NCBI GenBank assembly: GCA_963991985.1
Contig: CAXDRX010000008.1
Coordinates: 399-64,398, forward strand
Source: an uncultured bacterium
GTDB taxonomy: Bacteria; Bacteroidota; Bacteroidia; NS11-12g; UBA9320
DNA: 64,000 nt
Reading direction: 5' to 3'
Both the position numbers and the translations under genes were made by a program. Of the stretch, positions 10,309 to 20,279 are shown piece after piece (position 1 is the stretch's first letter; each line of letters starts with the position of its first letter). The notes below the pieces were generated by a model. That model saw only the letters and a list, made by a program, of their open reading frames with translations. It was not told the origin of the DNA and did no database searches.

Positions 10309-10929
10309 GTGCTTCGACTTTTATTGCTTGTTGGCTTATTCGGGAGTCCTTTGATTTCTTCTGCCCAAAAAAAACTAATGGTGGGTAAGCAAGGCAAGCC
10401 CTTATCGGATATACGTTTTGAAGTCTTTAAATTCTATTTGGGAAACTTTTTCTTTTTCAACGTTGACCACCAAATCATTGGACAAGAAAATGACTTTTTT
10501 CTTATTGATATTTCCGAAAAGGAAATGGATACCCTGCCTTTCATTATTCCCAGAGAAACCAAAAGCATCCGCTTTTCTTTCGGTGTTGACAGCAGCCTTC
10601 AACATCAAGCTACCTTTACTGGCGACTTGCATCCTTTCAATGGAATGTATTGGACCTGGCAAGCTGGCTATATAAATTGTAAAATTGAAGGCCAAATTAC
10701 AAAACAGAATGGCTTGGAAAAATTCACTTTTCATTTGGGTGGTTTCTTGGGAAAATACAAAGCAGATCAAAACGTCTCTATTGTGGCAGATAATGAAGAT
10801 GGATTTCACTGGTTTGTCGACATGAAAAATTTAAGCAAACTCGTATTTCAAAATCCTCAAAAAAAAATTATGCGACCTTCGTTAGATGCCGTAACTCTTT
10901 CACAGAAAATTGTCCAAACTTTTCAATAA
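10309..10929 (+). CDS. Secreted partner protein of the downstream di-heme peroxidase, putatively MbnP-like.
   Basis: Signal peptide. Its 3' end overlaps the start of the di-heme cytochrome-c peroxidase gene, which is the mbnP-mbnH gene order. Contains a Trp-rich segment LHPFNGMYWTWQAGY. Family assignment is from memory and was not searched. Confidence 0.35.
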   Translation: MLRLLLLVGLFGSPLISSAQKKLMVGKQGKPLSDIRFEVFKFYLGNFFFFNVDHQIIGQENDFFLIDISEKEMDTLPFIIPRETKSIRFSFGVDSSLQHQATFTGDLHPFNGMYWTWQAGYINCKIEGQITKQNGLEKFTFHLGGFLGKYKADQNVSIVADNEDGFHWFVDMKNLSKLVFQNPQKKIMRPSLDAVTLSQKIVQTFQ

Positions 10930-11908
10930 ATATCTTTTTGTACTTTTTGTGCTGATTTGCTTGGCTTTTGTTCCAACCAAAAAGAAAAAAAAGTGGCCAA
11001 AACCCATTCAAACGAATTCGGATACGCTTCGCTTAAACGAAAAAATATTGCTTGGTCGAGCGCTATTTTTCGACCCCTTATTATCTTATGACAATAGCAT
11101 TTCATGTGCTTCTTGCCACTCCCCCTTCAATGCTTTTGCACACAGCGACCACCGCCTGAGCCATGGAATTTTTGACTCGATTGGTCAAAGAAATGCACCC
11201 CCTCTCTTTAACTTGGCATGGCAAAAAAACTTTACATGGGACGGTCGTGCGCATCACATTGATATGCAAACACTTGCTCCAATAAATGACCCAAGAGAAA
11301 TGGGTGAAAAAACAAAGAATATAATTTCCAAGCTAAAGAAAGATAGTTTGTACAAAAGCTTATTTTTTTCAGCTTTTCAAGATAGCTCTATCCAATTGAT
11401 TCACTTTTTAAAAGCAATCTCCGCTTTTGAGCTTTCTTTAATTTCCAACAACAGCAAATACGACCAAATTATGGAAGGAAAAGATACTTTTCGATCGATC
11501 GAAAGGAAAGGCTACAAAATTTTTCAAAAAAACTGCGCGGTTTGCCACCGAGAACCTCTTTTTTCAAGCTATGAATTCGCCAACAATGGATTGGAAATAG
11601 ACAGTAATCTGCTTGATTTTGGAAGAGGCGAAATTACAGGAACAAAGGAAGACAGCATGACCTTCAAGATTCCTTCTCTTCGGAATTTAAACTATACAGC
11701 TCCTTACATGCACGATGGCAGATTTTCTTCGATTCGGGAAGTTTTAAACCACTATCAATCACAAAAAAACACAAGCATAAAAAACTTAAAAATGGCATTG
11801 AATGAACGCCAAAAAACCGAATTAGTTGCTTTCTTGAAGACATTGAATGACACTTCCTTTTTGTTGAACCCCAAAAATCAATATCCCTCGCAAATTTTAC
11901 ATAGATAA
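10910..11908 (+). CDS. Di-heme cytochrome c peroxidase family enzyme (CCP/MauG/MbnH-like).
   Basis: Two CxxCH heme-binding motifs (CASCH and CAVCH). The conserved NAPPLFN...W.GR motif of bacterial CCPs. N-terminal signal anchor. Confidence 0.75.
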   Translation: MSKLFNKYLFVLFVLICLAFVPTKKKKKWPKPIQTNSDTLRLNEKILLGRALFFDPLLSYDNSISCASCHSPFNAFAHSDHRLSHGIFDSIGQRNAPPLFNLAWQKNFTWDGRAHHIDMQTLAPINDPREMGEKTKNIISKLKKDSLYKSLFFSAFQDSSIQLIHFLKAISAFELSLISNNSKYDQIMEGKDTFRSIERKGYKIFQKNCAVCHREPLFSSYEFANNGLEIDSNLLDFGRGEITGTKEDSMTFKIPSLRNLNYTAPYMHDGRFSSIREVLNHYQSQKNTSIKNLKMALNERQKTELVAFLKTLNDTSFLLNPKNQYPSQILHR

Positions 11909-11913
11909 AAAGT

Positions 11914-13254
11914 TTGATTATCTTCGAAATCATGCGATTCCTCCCATTTTTGTTATCAATCCTAATTTGGTTCCAACCAAAAGCACAATCCAATCCAGCC
12001 ATCACCAGTTGGTTACAAAACACTACAGAAACAGGCAATTACTATTTGTCAGGCAACTCAATGGCAATCGATAATGGGATCTTGTACAATTGTCAGAAAA
12101 TTGAGTATTCCGAAAATTTTGTATATGTTCACACGCATGGAATTCCATCCTACCCTACAGGACCTTTTCAAGACGGAAATCCTTCGCAGGCAGAAAATCA
12201 AAATGCTATTTTTCAAATCCCTTTAAATCCGACAGAAGAAACAGGAAACAAACAAAGCACTACGGCGGGAAATATTGGTATCTTTATCAATGGAGTGGCA
12301 CTTTTCGATTATCGAGATGGTGTTGCCTGGAATCCCCAAACAAATGCCCTATGTGGAGGACCCGGAAATCCAAGATGTCCCGGCGATATGGACTGGAATA
12401 GAGATGCGGTTCCCGCTGAAATGGAGGGTTTTGACTGCTCAAAAGGACATCCGTCAAAAGGCAATTATCATCACCACCAAAATCCTACTGCTTTTAAGCT
12501 GGACAAAAATGTTGTTTCCACTATTTGCAACCTTTATGATGCAGACGGATTGTACGCAATTGACCAAACAAAACATTCTCCTCTAATTGGGTTCGCTTAC
12601 GATGGTTTTCCAATTTATGGCGCTTATGGCTACAAAAATACAGACGGTACTGGCGGAATTGTTCGAATAAAATCAAGCTATGAGTTGAAAAATATAACTT
12701 CTCGTCTCAATGGTCCAGATGTGGACAACAGCTACTTTTTGGGCTATTTTAAAGAGGATTATCAATATGTAAAGCACGATGAAGAAGACTATTTGGATGA
12801 ACACAACGGACGATTTTGTGTAACCCCAGAGTACTCCAATGGCACCTATGCGTATTTTGCAACGGTAGATGAAAATTGGAACTCTGTCTACCCCTATGCA
12901 ATTGGCCCAACCTTTTATGGCCAGTACCAAAATAGATCGGTAAATTCAGTGGATGAAAATACCACTGTCTATGAAAAATCAGCCAGTATTGATGCAAAAG
13001 CCAAAATGGAAATACAAATTTTTCCCAATCCAAGTGCCGAATTAATCGCCGTACAAACCAAAGGGCTAAATCTGAATACTTTGTCTGTTCATATGCTCAG
13101 CATCAATGGAGAAGAAGTATACAAAGGCCAAATAAATAGTGGACAAACGCTAAGCTACATTTCAACAGAGGCTCTTTACTCAGGAATGTATATCCTTGTC
13201 GTCCGCAGCAACAAGGATATTCTACTACAAGAAAAAGTAAAAGTTGTCCGTTAG
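11914..13254 (+). CDS. YHYH-domain protein with a T9SS C-terminal domain.
   Basis: GNYHHHQNP motif (YHYH family). C-terminus IQIFPNPSAELIAV...GMYILVVRSNKDILLQEKVKVVR is a T9SS CTD. Confidence 0.55.
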   Translation: MIIFEIMRFLPFLLSILIWFQPKAQSNPAITSWLQNTTETGNYYLSGNSMAIDNGILYNCQKIEYSENFVYVHTHGIPSYPTGPFQDGNPSQAENQNAIFQIPLNPTEETGNKQSTTAGNIGIFINGVALFDYRDGVAWNPQTNALCGGPGNPRCPGDMDWNRDAVPAEMEGFDCSKGHPSKGNYHHHQNPTAFKLDKNVVSTICNLYDADGLYAIDQTKHSPLIGFAYDGFPIYGAYGYKNTDGTGGIVRIKSSYELKNITSRLNGPDVDNSYFLGYFKEDYQYVKHDEEDYLDEHNGRFCVTPEYSNGTYAYFATVDENWNSVYPYAIGPTFYGQYQNRSVNSVDENTTVYEKSASIDAKAKMEIQIFPNPSAELIAVQTKGLNLNTLSVHMLSINGEEVYKGQINSGQTLSYISTEALYSGMYILVVRSNKDILLQEKVKVVR

Positions 13255-13255
13255 A

Positions 13256-13921
13256 CTAGGTGGTTTCTGACTGTAAATAGGCTTGCTTAAGCATCGGGCA
13301 AATTTTGTACCGGTCCTCTTTGGTATCATCAAACAAGGCTTCTAGCGTTTCGTACACATCTTTCACCCCGTTTTTGGCAACCCACTCAAAGGGTCCGAAA
13401 GGATAATTTGTACCCAACTTCATTCCTTTGTCAATGTCTTCGGGAGTCGATGTTCCTTCCTGGACGGTATAGAAAGCTTCGTTGATGATCATAAACAAAA
13501 CTCTTGGAGCAACCATCCCAATACGATCATCCACAATCTCATAATTCCACCCCAATTTTTTCATCAAATCTTCCAAAATATTTACTTCACTTTTCTTTAG
13601 TGCTGAAACTTCTTTTTTATCCAATGTCAAAAATCCGTCTAGCGCATTGAGTCCAAAAATATTTTCATTTCTCGGATTATCATTCAGATATAATGCTTGT
13701 TTCAGACTACATTTTACAGATGCCAAAATCAAAGGAGTGTTTTCTGCTCTTTGATATTTGTCAAAATCTTGATGATCATCGAAATCCAAATCTATAATTA
13801 AGTCGACCTGATTAAAGTCATTCTCTTTAATTTGTAATACCTTGCAGGCTGACGAAAAACTTGGCAGCAAACTTTGGCACTTTTTTTCAGTACCCATTAA
13901 ACCAACATGCATAGAAAGCAA
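13256..13921 (-). CDS. 3-hydroxyacyl-CoA dehydrogenase family protein that is N-terminally truncated and probably catalytically inactive.
   Basis: The C-terminal half aligns to HBD/3HCDH (EDIDKGMKLGTNYPFGPFEW). The N-terminal Rossmann GxGxxG motif is missing, and the position of the catalytic His (GMHFFNP in Hbd) reads IFGLNALDG. Confidence 0.5.
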   Translation of the reverse strand: MLSMHVGLMGTEKKCQSLLPSFSSACKVLQIKENDFNQVDLIIDLDFDDHQDFDKYQRAENTPLILASVKCSLKQALYLNDNPRNENIFGLNALDGFLTLDKKEVSALKKSEVNILEDLMKKLGWNYEIVDDRIGMVAPRVLFMIINEAFYTVQEGTSTPEDIDKGMKLGTNYPFGPFEWVAKNGVKDVYETLEALFDDTKEDRYKICPMLKQAYLQSETT

Positions 13922-13938
13922 AAATACGGCAGATTAAA

Positions 13939-14325
13939 ATGAAAGAAGCAAAAGTCATCAAAACCCCAAACGCACCCGCTGCCATTGGCCCTTATCATCA
14001 GGCCATTAAGGTCAATGGTTTTTTGTTTTGCTCTGGGCAAATTGCCATCGACCCCAAATCTGGAAAACTTGTAACGGAAAATATCAGCCAAGAAACAAAA
14101 CAAGTAATGGAAAACATCAGTGCCCTATTGAAGGCCGAGTCATTAGGCACCTCGGACATTGTAAAGACGACCATATTCCTAAAAAATATGGACAATTATG
14201 CAGCAGTAAATGAGGTATATGCAAGTTATTTTCAAGATGAGAATTTTCCTGCTAGAGAGGCTGTAGAAGTTTCCAGATTGCCCAAAAATGTTAACATTGA
14301 AATTTCTATAATTGCATCTATCTAA
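13939..14325 (+). CDS. ridA: RidA/YjgF family reactive-intermediate deaminase.
   Basis: AIGPYHQAI...GFLFCSGQIAIDPKSG...AREAVEVSRLP matches the RidA signature throughout. Confidence 0.8.
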   Translation: MKEAKVIKTPNAPAAIGPYHQAIKVNGFLFCSGQIAIDPKSGKLVTENISQETKQVMENISALLKAESLGTSDIVKTTIFLKNMDNYAAVNEVYASYFQDENFPAREAVEVSRLPKNVNIEISIIASI

Positions 14326-14666
14326 TGGCCATTGAACTACCTCGAATTCCTTACAAGAGAAAAGGAAACAGACGATTTAACTATGTACCGAAATATTACA
14401 ACGAAGAAAAAGAACGCCTGCGATCACAAATAGCATTTCATCAAGACAAAAACAAGAATCCCTCCAAAGACATTCATCAAATAAAAAGAAATATTAGAAA
14501 TAGTTTTGGTTACCAAAACGCAGAAAAATCAAGATATAATCTCGACGAAAAAGGAAGGAAATTGAGTATTCTAGCCATTGCAGTTATTCTTTGTTTGATT
14601 CTATATTTGGCTACTGAAGGTAGTTTATTGAGCAAACTATTTGATATATTTTATCCCCAAGCCTAA
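14325..14666 (+). CDS. Small basic protein with a C-terminal transmembrane helix, hypothetical.
   Basis: Its ATG overlaps the ridA stop. K/R-rich N-terminus followed by one hydrophobic helix. Confidence 0.35.
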   Translation: MAIELPRIPYKRKGNRRFNYVPKYYNEEKERLRSQIAFHQDKNKNPSKDIHQIKRNIRNSFGYQNAEKSRYNLDEKGRKLSILAIAVILCLILYLATEGSLLSKLFDIFYPQA

Positions 14667-14669
14667 ATT

Positions 14670-16475
14670 TTGCAAAGCGAAAATATTTCAACGATCCAAG
14701 TCCTTAGCGATGATGTTGCCAATCAAATAGCTGCAGGAGAAGTTGTACAGAGACCTGCTTCTGTGGCCAAAGAATTGTTGGAAAATGCCATAGACGCCAA
14801 GGCAACAAATATTGAATTGTTTATCGAAGAAGGAGGAATTCGCAAAATTTTGGTGAAAGACAACGGAGTGGGTATGAGCGCCCTTGATGCCAAATTATGT
14901 TTCGAAAGGCACGCTACTTCAAAAATTAGCAATGCAAAAGATCTTTTTAAGCTCAAAACATTTGGTTTTCGCGGTGAGGCACTTGCAAGTATTTCTGCTG
15001 TTGCTAGGGTAACGCTTAAAACCAAACTTGAAAACCAACAACTTGGCACTGAAATTAAAATAGAAGGAAGCCAGTGGGTACACCAAAAAACAATCGCATG
15101 CCCTCAAGGAAGCCAATTAGAAGTAAAATCAATATTTTACAATATACCCGCCCGAAAACATTTTCTCAAGTCTATACACACAGAAACAAGGCATATAGTT
15201 GAAGAATTTAATCGTGTGGCCATTTGCAATCCAGACATTCAATTTACAATGTACAATCAAGACAAGGTGCTGCTTAAATTTCCAAAAAGTACATTCAAGC
15301 AAAGAATTGCTCAGGTTTTTGAAATTGAACAGGAGGAAAAGCTATTGGAAGTAGAAGAAAATACCGAAATCGTTAATATTTTTGGCTATGTGGGAACTCC
15401 ATCCACTGCACAAAGAGCAAGAGGCAAACAGTACTTTATTGCCAATGGACGCTTTGTAAAAGACAATTACCTCAACCATGCCATTGTCCAAAATTTCCAA
15501 GGCTTCATCGAAGACAAAAAGTTTCCCGTCTTCTGTCTTCGGTTGGAGGTTCAACCCCACAAAATTGATATCAATATTCACCCTACCAAAACAGAGGTAA
15601 AATTTGAAGAACAACGATATATATACCAAATTCTTCAATCTGCGATAAAAAAAACTTTGGGACAGCATTATCAGGTACCAAACATTGAAGGAGAAAATTT
15701 GCTGAAAAATTTAGGTCTAAAATCGCCAGATGAAATAGGTTTTGTGAAAAACCCAAATACCCAGAAACAAGAAATACCAGCCTATTTTTTTGATTCTTCA
15801 AAAGCCAAAAAACAAAGCTGGCCGAAATTATTCAAAACAGATGAAATTTTAGATACTAAAGAAGTGACGACTAGGCAAAAACCACTTTTTGCGCAAAAAG
15901 AAAAAAGCGTCCAAATTGGCCATTGCTTTCAAGTGAACAATTCTTATATCGTAGCCGCCATCAACTCAGAAATGTACCTAGTTCATCCGCAAAGGGCGCA
16001 TCAACGGATTCTCTTTGAACGACACCTAAATGCACATCGAATGCAAAATGCTGTTTCACAAGAATTGCTTTTCCCACGAACCATTGAATTGACAACTTCC
16101 GATGCCCTTGTTATGCAAGAACTCATGCCTTTGCTCAATACAATGGGTTTTCATATAGCCGAATTTGGTCGGAATACTTTTATCATCAATGGAATACCTC
16201 CACAGATCATCAAAGGAAATGAAGAGAAAGTTGTCATTCAAATTTTAAACAATTTTCGTCGCACCCAAATTCCAAATAAATCGGATTTAGAAGAGCAATT
16301 GGCCCACTCGATAGCACTTTCCACTTGCATACCCAGTGATAAAGTTTTGGAAGACAAGGAGCAACTTGAATTGGTTCATCAACTTTTTAATTGCAAATAC
16401 CCTGCATTTACTCCTGCCAAGCGAGCAATATTTCATAAATTTGATGCTAATTTTCTGTCTACTTTCTTCAAATAA
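14670..16475 (+). CDS. mutL: DNA mismatch repair protein MutL.
   Basis: IQVLSDDVANQIAAGEVVQRPASVAKELLENAIDA is the GHKL ATPase N-terminus of MutL. TTG start. Confidence 0.9.
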   Translation: MQSENISTIQVLSDDVANQIAAGEVVQRPASVAKELLENAIDAKATNIELFIEEGGIRKILVKDNGVGMSALDAKLCFERHATSKISNAKDLFKLKTFGFRGEALASISAVARVTLKTKLENQQLGTEIKIEGSQWVHQKTIACPQGSQLEVKSIFYNIPARKHFLKSIHTETRHIVEEFNRVAICNPDIQFTMYNQDKVLLKFPKSTFKQRIAQVFEIEQEEKLLEVEENTEIVNIFGYVGTPSTAQRARGKQYFIANGRFVKDNYLNHAIVQNFQGFIEDKKFPVFCLRLEVQPHKIDINIHPTKTEVKFEEQRYIYQILQSAIKKTLGQHYQVPNIEGENLLKNLGLKSPDEIGFVKNPNTQKQEIPAYFFDSSKAKKQSWPKLFKTDEILDTKEVTTRQKPLFAQKEKSVQIGHCFQVNNSYIVAAINSEMYLVHPQRAHQRILFERHLNAHRMQNAVSQELLFPRTIELTTSDALVMQELMPLLNTMGFHIAEFGRNTFIINGIPPQIIKGNEEKVVIQILNNFRRTQIPNKSDLEEQLAHSIALSTCIPSDKVLEDKEQLELVHQLFNCKYPAFTPAKRAIFHKFDANFLSTFFK

Positions 16476-16477
16476 AA

Positions 16478-17245
16478 GTGTTTGGATTCAATCGATATAG
16501 CAACAACACCTCTGAGGTAGTCCGCAACATTGTGACCTTGAACATTGGCTTTTTCATGCTCACATGGCTTGGTCCACGGTTTATTGGATTGGACTTTTAT
16601 CATCTATTTGGCTTGCATCACTACACTTCGGGCTACTTCAAACCATGGCAGCTCCTTACCCATATGTTTATGCATGGCAATTTGTTCCACCTTTTTTTCA
16701 ACATGTTTGCTGTTTGGATGATTGGCAGTTATCTGGAAAGACTATGGGGAGGGAAACGTTTTTTGATTTTTTACTTTTTTTCTGGAGCTGGGGCAATTTT
16801 ATTGCACACCCTTGTACAAGATTACCAAATAGGCCAAGTTGTAAAATTTCTTTCTGGCGAACAAATTGAAATGATTCGAAGCACCACCAATTATTCGTTC
16901 AATGAAATTGTTGCCCTCAATCCAAGTTCTAGTGCCTCAATCATCAAGTACAATAACCTTGTCAATACACCAACAGTTGGCGCCTCGGGTGCTGTTTTTG
17001 GTATTTTAGGAGCCTTTGCTCTTTTGTTCCCAAATACTGAGCTTATGCTTATGTTTTTGCCCATTCCAATAAAAGCAAAATGGTTTGCCATTGGTTATGG
17101 TGTCCTAGAACTATTCTTGGGGGCAAAAGGAGTTGCCAATGGTGCTAGTGATGGCGTGGCCCATTTTGCCCACGTAGGTGGACTAATTTTTGGCATTCTT
17201 TTGGTTCTTTTTTGGAACAAAACCAACAAAAAGGAGTTCTTTTAA
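16478..17245 (+). CDS. Rhomboid family intramembrane serine protease.
   Basis: GASGAVFGILGA (catalytic Ser) and FAHVGGLIFG (catalytic His) within a multi-TM protein. Confidence 0.8.
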   Translation: MFGFNRYSNNTSEVVRNIVTLNIGFFMLTWLGPRFIGLDFYHLFGLHHYTSGYFKPWQLLTHMFMHGNLFHLFFNMFAVWMIGSYLERLWGGKRFLIFYFFSGAGAILLHTLVQDYQIGQVVKFLSGEQIEMIRSTTNYSFNEIVALNPSSSASIIKYNNLVNTPTVGASGAVFGILGAFALLFPNTELMLMFLPIPIKAKWFAIGYGVLELFLGAKGVANGASDGVAHFAHVGGLIFGILLVLFWNKTNKKEFF

Positions 17246-18108
17246 TGGTGATTACTGATTGGTGGGAAAATATTAAGGTTCGTTTTAAGTTGGGAGAATC
17301 AGCTGTCAACCAGTTGCTGTTCATCAATATCGTTGCTTTTTTTATCTCCTACATTCCTAGAATTCTATCTTATTTCTTTTTAATCAACCTGACTGGAATC
17401 ACAAGATTGTTTTATTTACCTGCCGATCTATCCAAGCAAATCCTTCAACCCTGGTCGTGGCTCAGTTACATGTTTCTTCATACCGGTTTCAATCACATCC
17501 TATACAACATGCTTTTTTTCTTTTTTATTGCCAACCTATTGGAAGGATTTTTGGGCGCCAAGCGCATTTGGAGGTTGTATTTGGTTGGAGGTGTCTTTGG
17601 GGGACTATTTTTTGTATTTTCCTACAATGTTTTTCCTGTCTTTGCATCGGTACTGGAGGGGTCAACCTTGGTGGGAGCTTCTGCATCTGTATTGGCTGTA
17701 GTGGTTGCAGCGGGCACTTATTTGCCGGATTATTCTGTAAGGCTATTTGGCATCATACCAATAAAGTTAAAGTGGTTGGCACTTATTTCTATCGCTTTGG
17801 ACATTGCCATGATTGAACAAAGTAATCCAGGCGGACACCTGGCCCATTTGGGTGGTGCTATGTATGGTTATCTTTATGTTTTGAATTTAAAAGGAAAAAT
17901 TAATATGCCTAGCTTAGACAACTTATTGGAAAAAGTGAAGAGAAAAGACAGACCTATCGATGAACGAAAAGTGAAAAGAAACAAAGCCTCTAAAAACGAT
18001 TTTCCAAATCAAGAAGAAGTAGACACCATTTTGGATAAAATATCAAAAAAAGGGTACAACAGTTTAACCAATAAAGAAAAAGATATTTTGTTTAGAGCTT
18101 CCGAATGA
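17245..18108 (+). CDS. Rhomboid family intramembrane serine protease, second tandem copy.
   Basis: GASASVLAVV and AHLGGAMYGY motifs. Its ATG overlaps the upstream TAA stop (TAATG). Confidence 0.75.
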   Translation: MVITDWWENIKVRFKLGESAVNQLLFINIVAFFISYIPRILSYFFLINLTGITRLFYLPADLSKQILQPWSWLSYMFLHTGFNHILYNMLFFFFIANLLEGFLGAKRIWRLYLVGGVFGGLFFVFSYNVFPVFASVLEGSTLVGASASVLAVVVAAGTYLPDYSVRLFGIIPIKLKWLALISIALDIAMIEQSNPGGHLAHLGGAMYGYLYVLNLKGKINMPSLDNLLEKVKRKDRPIDERKVKRNKASKNDFPNQEEVDTILDKISKKGYNSLTNKEKDILFRASE

Positions 18109-19148
18109 TGTTTAAGTTGATTCGGCATCTTGTATTCATCTTCAACCTTTTGGTATTGCTTGCCTTGATGTTGTCTTATATTTCCTCCGAGGTCAACCCC
18201 ATGGTTTTTCCCTATCTACATTTTTTTGGTTTGGGGTATCTATTTTGGCTTATCGGAACAATCATTTTTTGTATTTTTTGGATGTTTTCTAAATTTAAGT
18301 ACCTAATTGTCAATGTTTTCGTACTTTTTATTGGTTGGAATACACATCAGAAAACGTTTGGATTCAACACAGAAAATTCAAATAAAAATGGACTTCAAAT
18401 AGCAAGTTTTAACTCCATGGGACTCGGGCAAGAAGTCCAAGGAAATTATGAAGACATCATTGCCTATGTAGAAAAAGAGAAAATTGATATTCTCGCCATA
18501 TTGGAGTACAAATCAAAAAATGATCGGACACCACCCAGCTGGTATAGCCAATTTATACCTACAAAAAAAGATGGCGTTTTAAGACCTGGTATCCAATTGT
18601 TGTCAAAACACCCTATTGAAAAAGCTTCTAAAATTCATTTTGACAAAACAATTGGCAACATGGCCGTTCGCTTTGATGTCAATGTGCAAGGAAAAACCAT
18701 TGCCATTTTTGCCCTCCACTTAGAAACCAACCAAATCAACCACAAAGATTATCAAAAAATTAAATCCCCCAGCTTACATTCTAGCTACTTGTCCAGCACA
18801 AAAAAAATTCTTCAAAAATTATCTAGGCAGGTAAAAACACGGAGTGAACAAAGCAAAGCTGTGATTGAAGAAATTAAAAAAGTAGAAGGGCCATTTTTGG
18901 TTTTGGGCGATTTTAATGATGTACCCACAAGTTTTGTTTACCAACAATTTACGCCCTATACCTCAGATGCTTTTTTGAACAGGGGAACTGGATTTGGCCC
19001 TACTTATCTAAAGCCATTTCCAATATTTAGAATTGATTATATTTTGTATTCAAAAGAGTTTGAGTGCAATCGTTATTTTAGCACCAAAGAAATTTATTCT
19101 GACCACAAATTGGTTGGAGCCAATCTTCAATTGCATGGACTTCATTGA
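18105..19148 (+). CDS. Endonuclease/exonuclease/phosphatase (EEP) family protein with N-terminal transmembrane helices.
   Basis: FALHLETNQ, LGDFNDVP and IDYILYS...SDHKLV are EEP motifs. ATGA overlap with the upstream rhomboid gene. Confidence 0.7.
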   Translation: MMFKLIRHLVFIFNLLVLLALMLSYISSEVNPMVFPYLHFFGLGYLFWLIGTIIFCIFWMFSKFKYLIVNVFVLFIGWNTHQKTFGFNTENSNKNGLQIASFNSMGLGQEVQGNYEDIIAYVEKEKIDILAILEYKSKNDRTPPSWYSQFIPTKKDGVLRPGIQLLSKHPIEKASKIHFDKTIGNMAVRFDVNVQGKTIAIFALHLETNQINHKDYQKIKSPSLHSSYLSSTKKILQKLSRQVKTRSEQSKAVIEEIKKVEGPFLVLGDFNDVPTSFVYQQFTPYTSDAFLNRGTGFGPTYLKPFPIFRIDYILYSKEFECNRYFSTKEIYSDHKLVGANLQLHGLH

Positions 19149-19779
19149 CAAAAGTTTACACACCTACGCCGAAAATCATAGCGAGAAAGAAACAAAGCTT
19201 CTTTACAAACTACATCGGTATACCTATGGACAAGTTCTTACTCCACGGATGTTGTCTGGGCATTTGCAAGGGAGGTTCTTGAGTTTTATTAGTCAAATGA
19301 CTCAACCCCAAAATATCCTTGAAATTGGAACATATACAGGTTATTCTGCCATCTGTTTGGCTGAAGGAATGAAAGAAAATGGACAATTGCATACCATAGA
19401 AATCAACGAAGAATTAGAGGACAAAGCCCTAGATTATTTTGAAGAAGCAGGATTGAAAAATAAAATCCAAATGCACATCGGTCATGCCCTTGAAATTGTT
19501 CCCGGATTAGAAATCACTTTCGACTTGGTTTTCATAGATGCAGATAAAGAAAACTACGGCCAATATTTTGATGCCGTATTGCCCAAACTTCGAAAAGGTG
19601 GGATCATCATTGCAGACAATGTGTTGTGGAGTGGAAAAGTCATTGACAAAAAGGCATTGGAAAAAGATACAGAAACCAAGGCACTTCATGCATTCAATGA
19701 AAAAGTTCATGCCGATGAAAGGGTAAGAAATTTATTACTACCTATTCGAGATGGACTCATGGTATTAATAAAAAAGTAA
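19135..19779 (+). CDS. Class I SAM-dependent O-methyltransferase (caffeoyl-CoA OMT-like).
   Basis: ILEIGTYTGYSAICLA (SAM motif I) and DLVFIDADKENY...GGIIIADNVLW are typical of cation-dependent OMTs. The start was moved to the ATG at 19135. Confidence 0.75.
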   Translation: MDFIDKSLHTYAENHSEKETKLLYKLHRYTYGQVLTPRMLSGHLQGRFLSFISQMTQPQNILEIGTYTGYSAICLAEGMKENGQLHTIEINEELEDKALDYFEEAGLKNKIQMHIGHALEIVPGLEITFDLVFIDADKENYGQYFDAVLPKLRKGGIIIADNVLWSGKVIDKKALEKDTETKALHAFNEKVHADERVRNLLLPIRDGLMVLIKK

Positions 19780-19781
19780 AA

Positions 19782-20234
19782 TCACTCTTTCCTTTGACTA
19801 TCTAGCCATAGGGTTACAGGGCCGTCATTCACCAAACAAACTTGCATGTCTGCTCCAAAAATTCCTTTACGAACCGATCCTTTCATCTTGGATGCAAGAC
19901 AATTACAAAATTCATCGTACATATTTTTTGCCTCTCGTCCTTTGGCAGACCCATGGAAGGAAGGTCTGTTGCCTTTTTTGGTGCTTGCAAAGAGCGTAAA
20001 TTGACTGATTACCAAAACTTCTCCACCTACATCCTGAACCGACAAATTCATTTTTTTGTCCTTATCCGCAAATATTCGAAGAGCCAAAACTTTATTGGCC
20101 AACCAATCTAAATCTTTACTTTGCTCATTTTCAGCTATTCCACAAAAAATAAGCAAACCCGATTTGATTTCAGAAATCAATTGTTTGTCTGTCAAAACTT
20201 GGGCTTCTTTAACACGTTGAATGAGCAACCTCAT
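19782..20234 (-). CDS. dtd: D-aminoacyl-tRNA deacylase.
   Basis: MRLLIQRV...SQFTLFA...NRPSF...GADMQVCLVNDGPVT signature across a ~150-aa protein. Start set at the internal ATG at 20234. Confidence 0.85.
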   Translation of the reverse strand: MRLLIQRVKEAQVLTDKQLISEIKSGLLIFCGIAENEQSKDLDWLANKVLALRIFADKDKKMNLSVQDVGGEVLVISQFTLFASTKKGNRPSFHGSAKGREAKNMYDEFCNCLASKMKGSVRKGIFGADMQVCLVNDGPVTLWLDSQRKE

Positions 20235-20279
20235 ACATGCAAAACATGTCGGAAATAAAAATGTTAATCTTGTGCCACC

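Noticed and set aside
14723-15116. Antisense and alternate-frame ORFs inside mutL. Similar shadow ORFs of 60-120 aa occur inside most large genes in the track.
   Set aside because: They lie entirely within strongly supported genes on the other strand or frame. They have low-complexity composition and no motifs.
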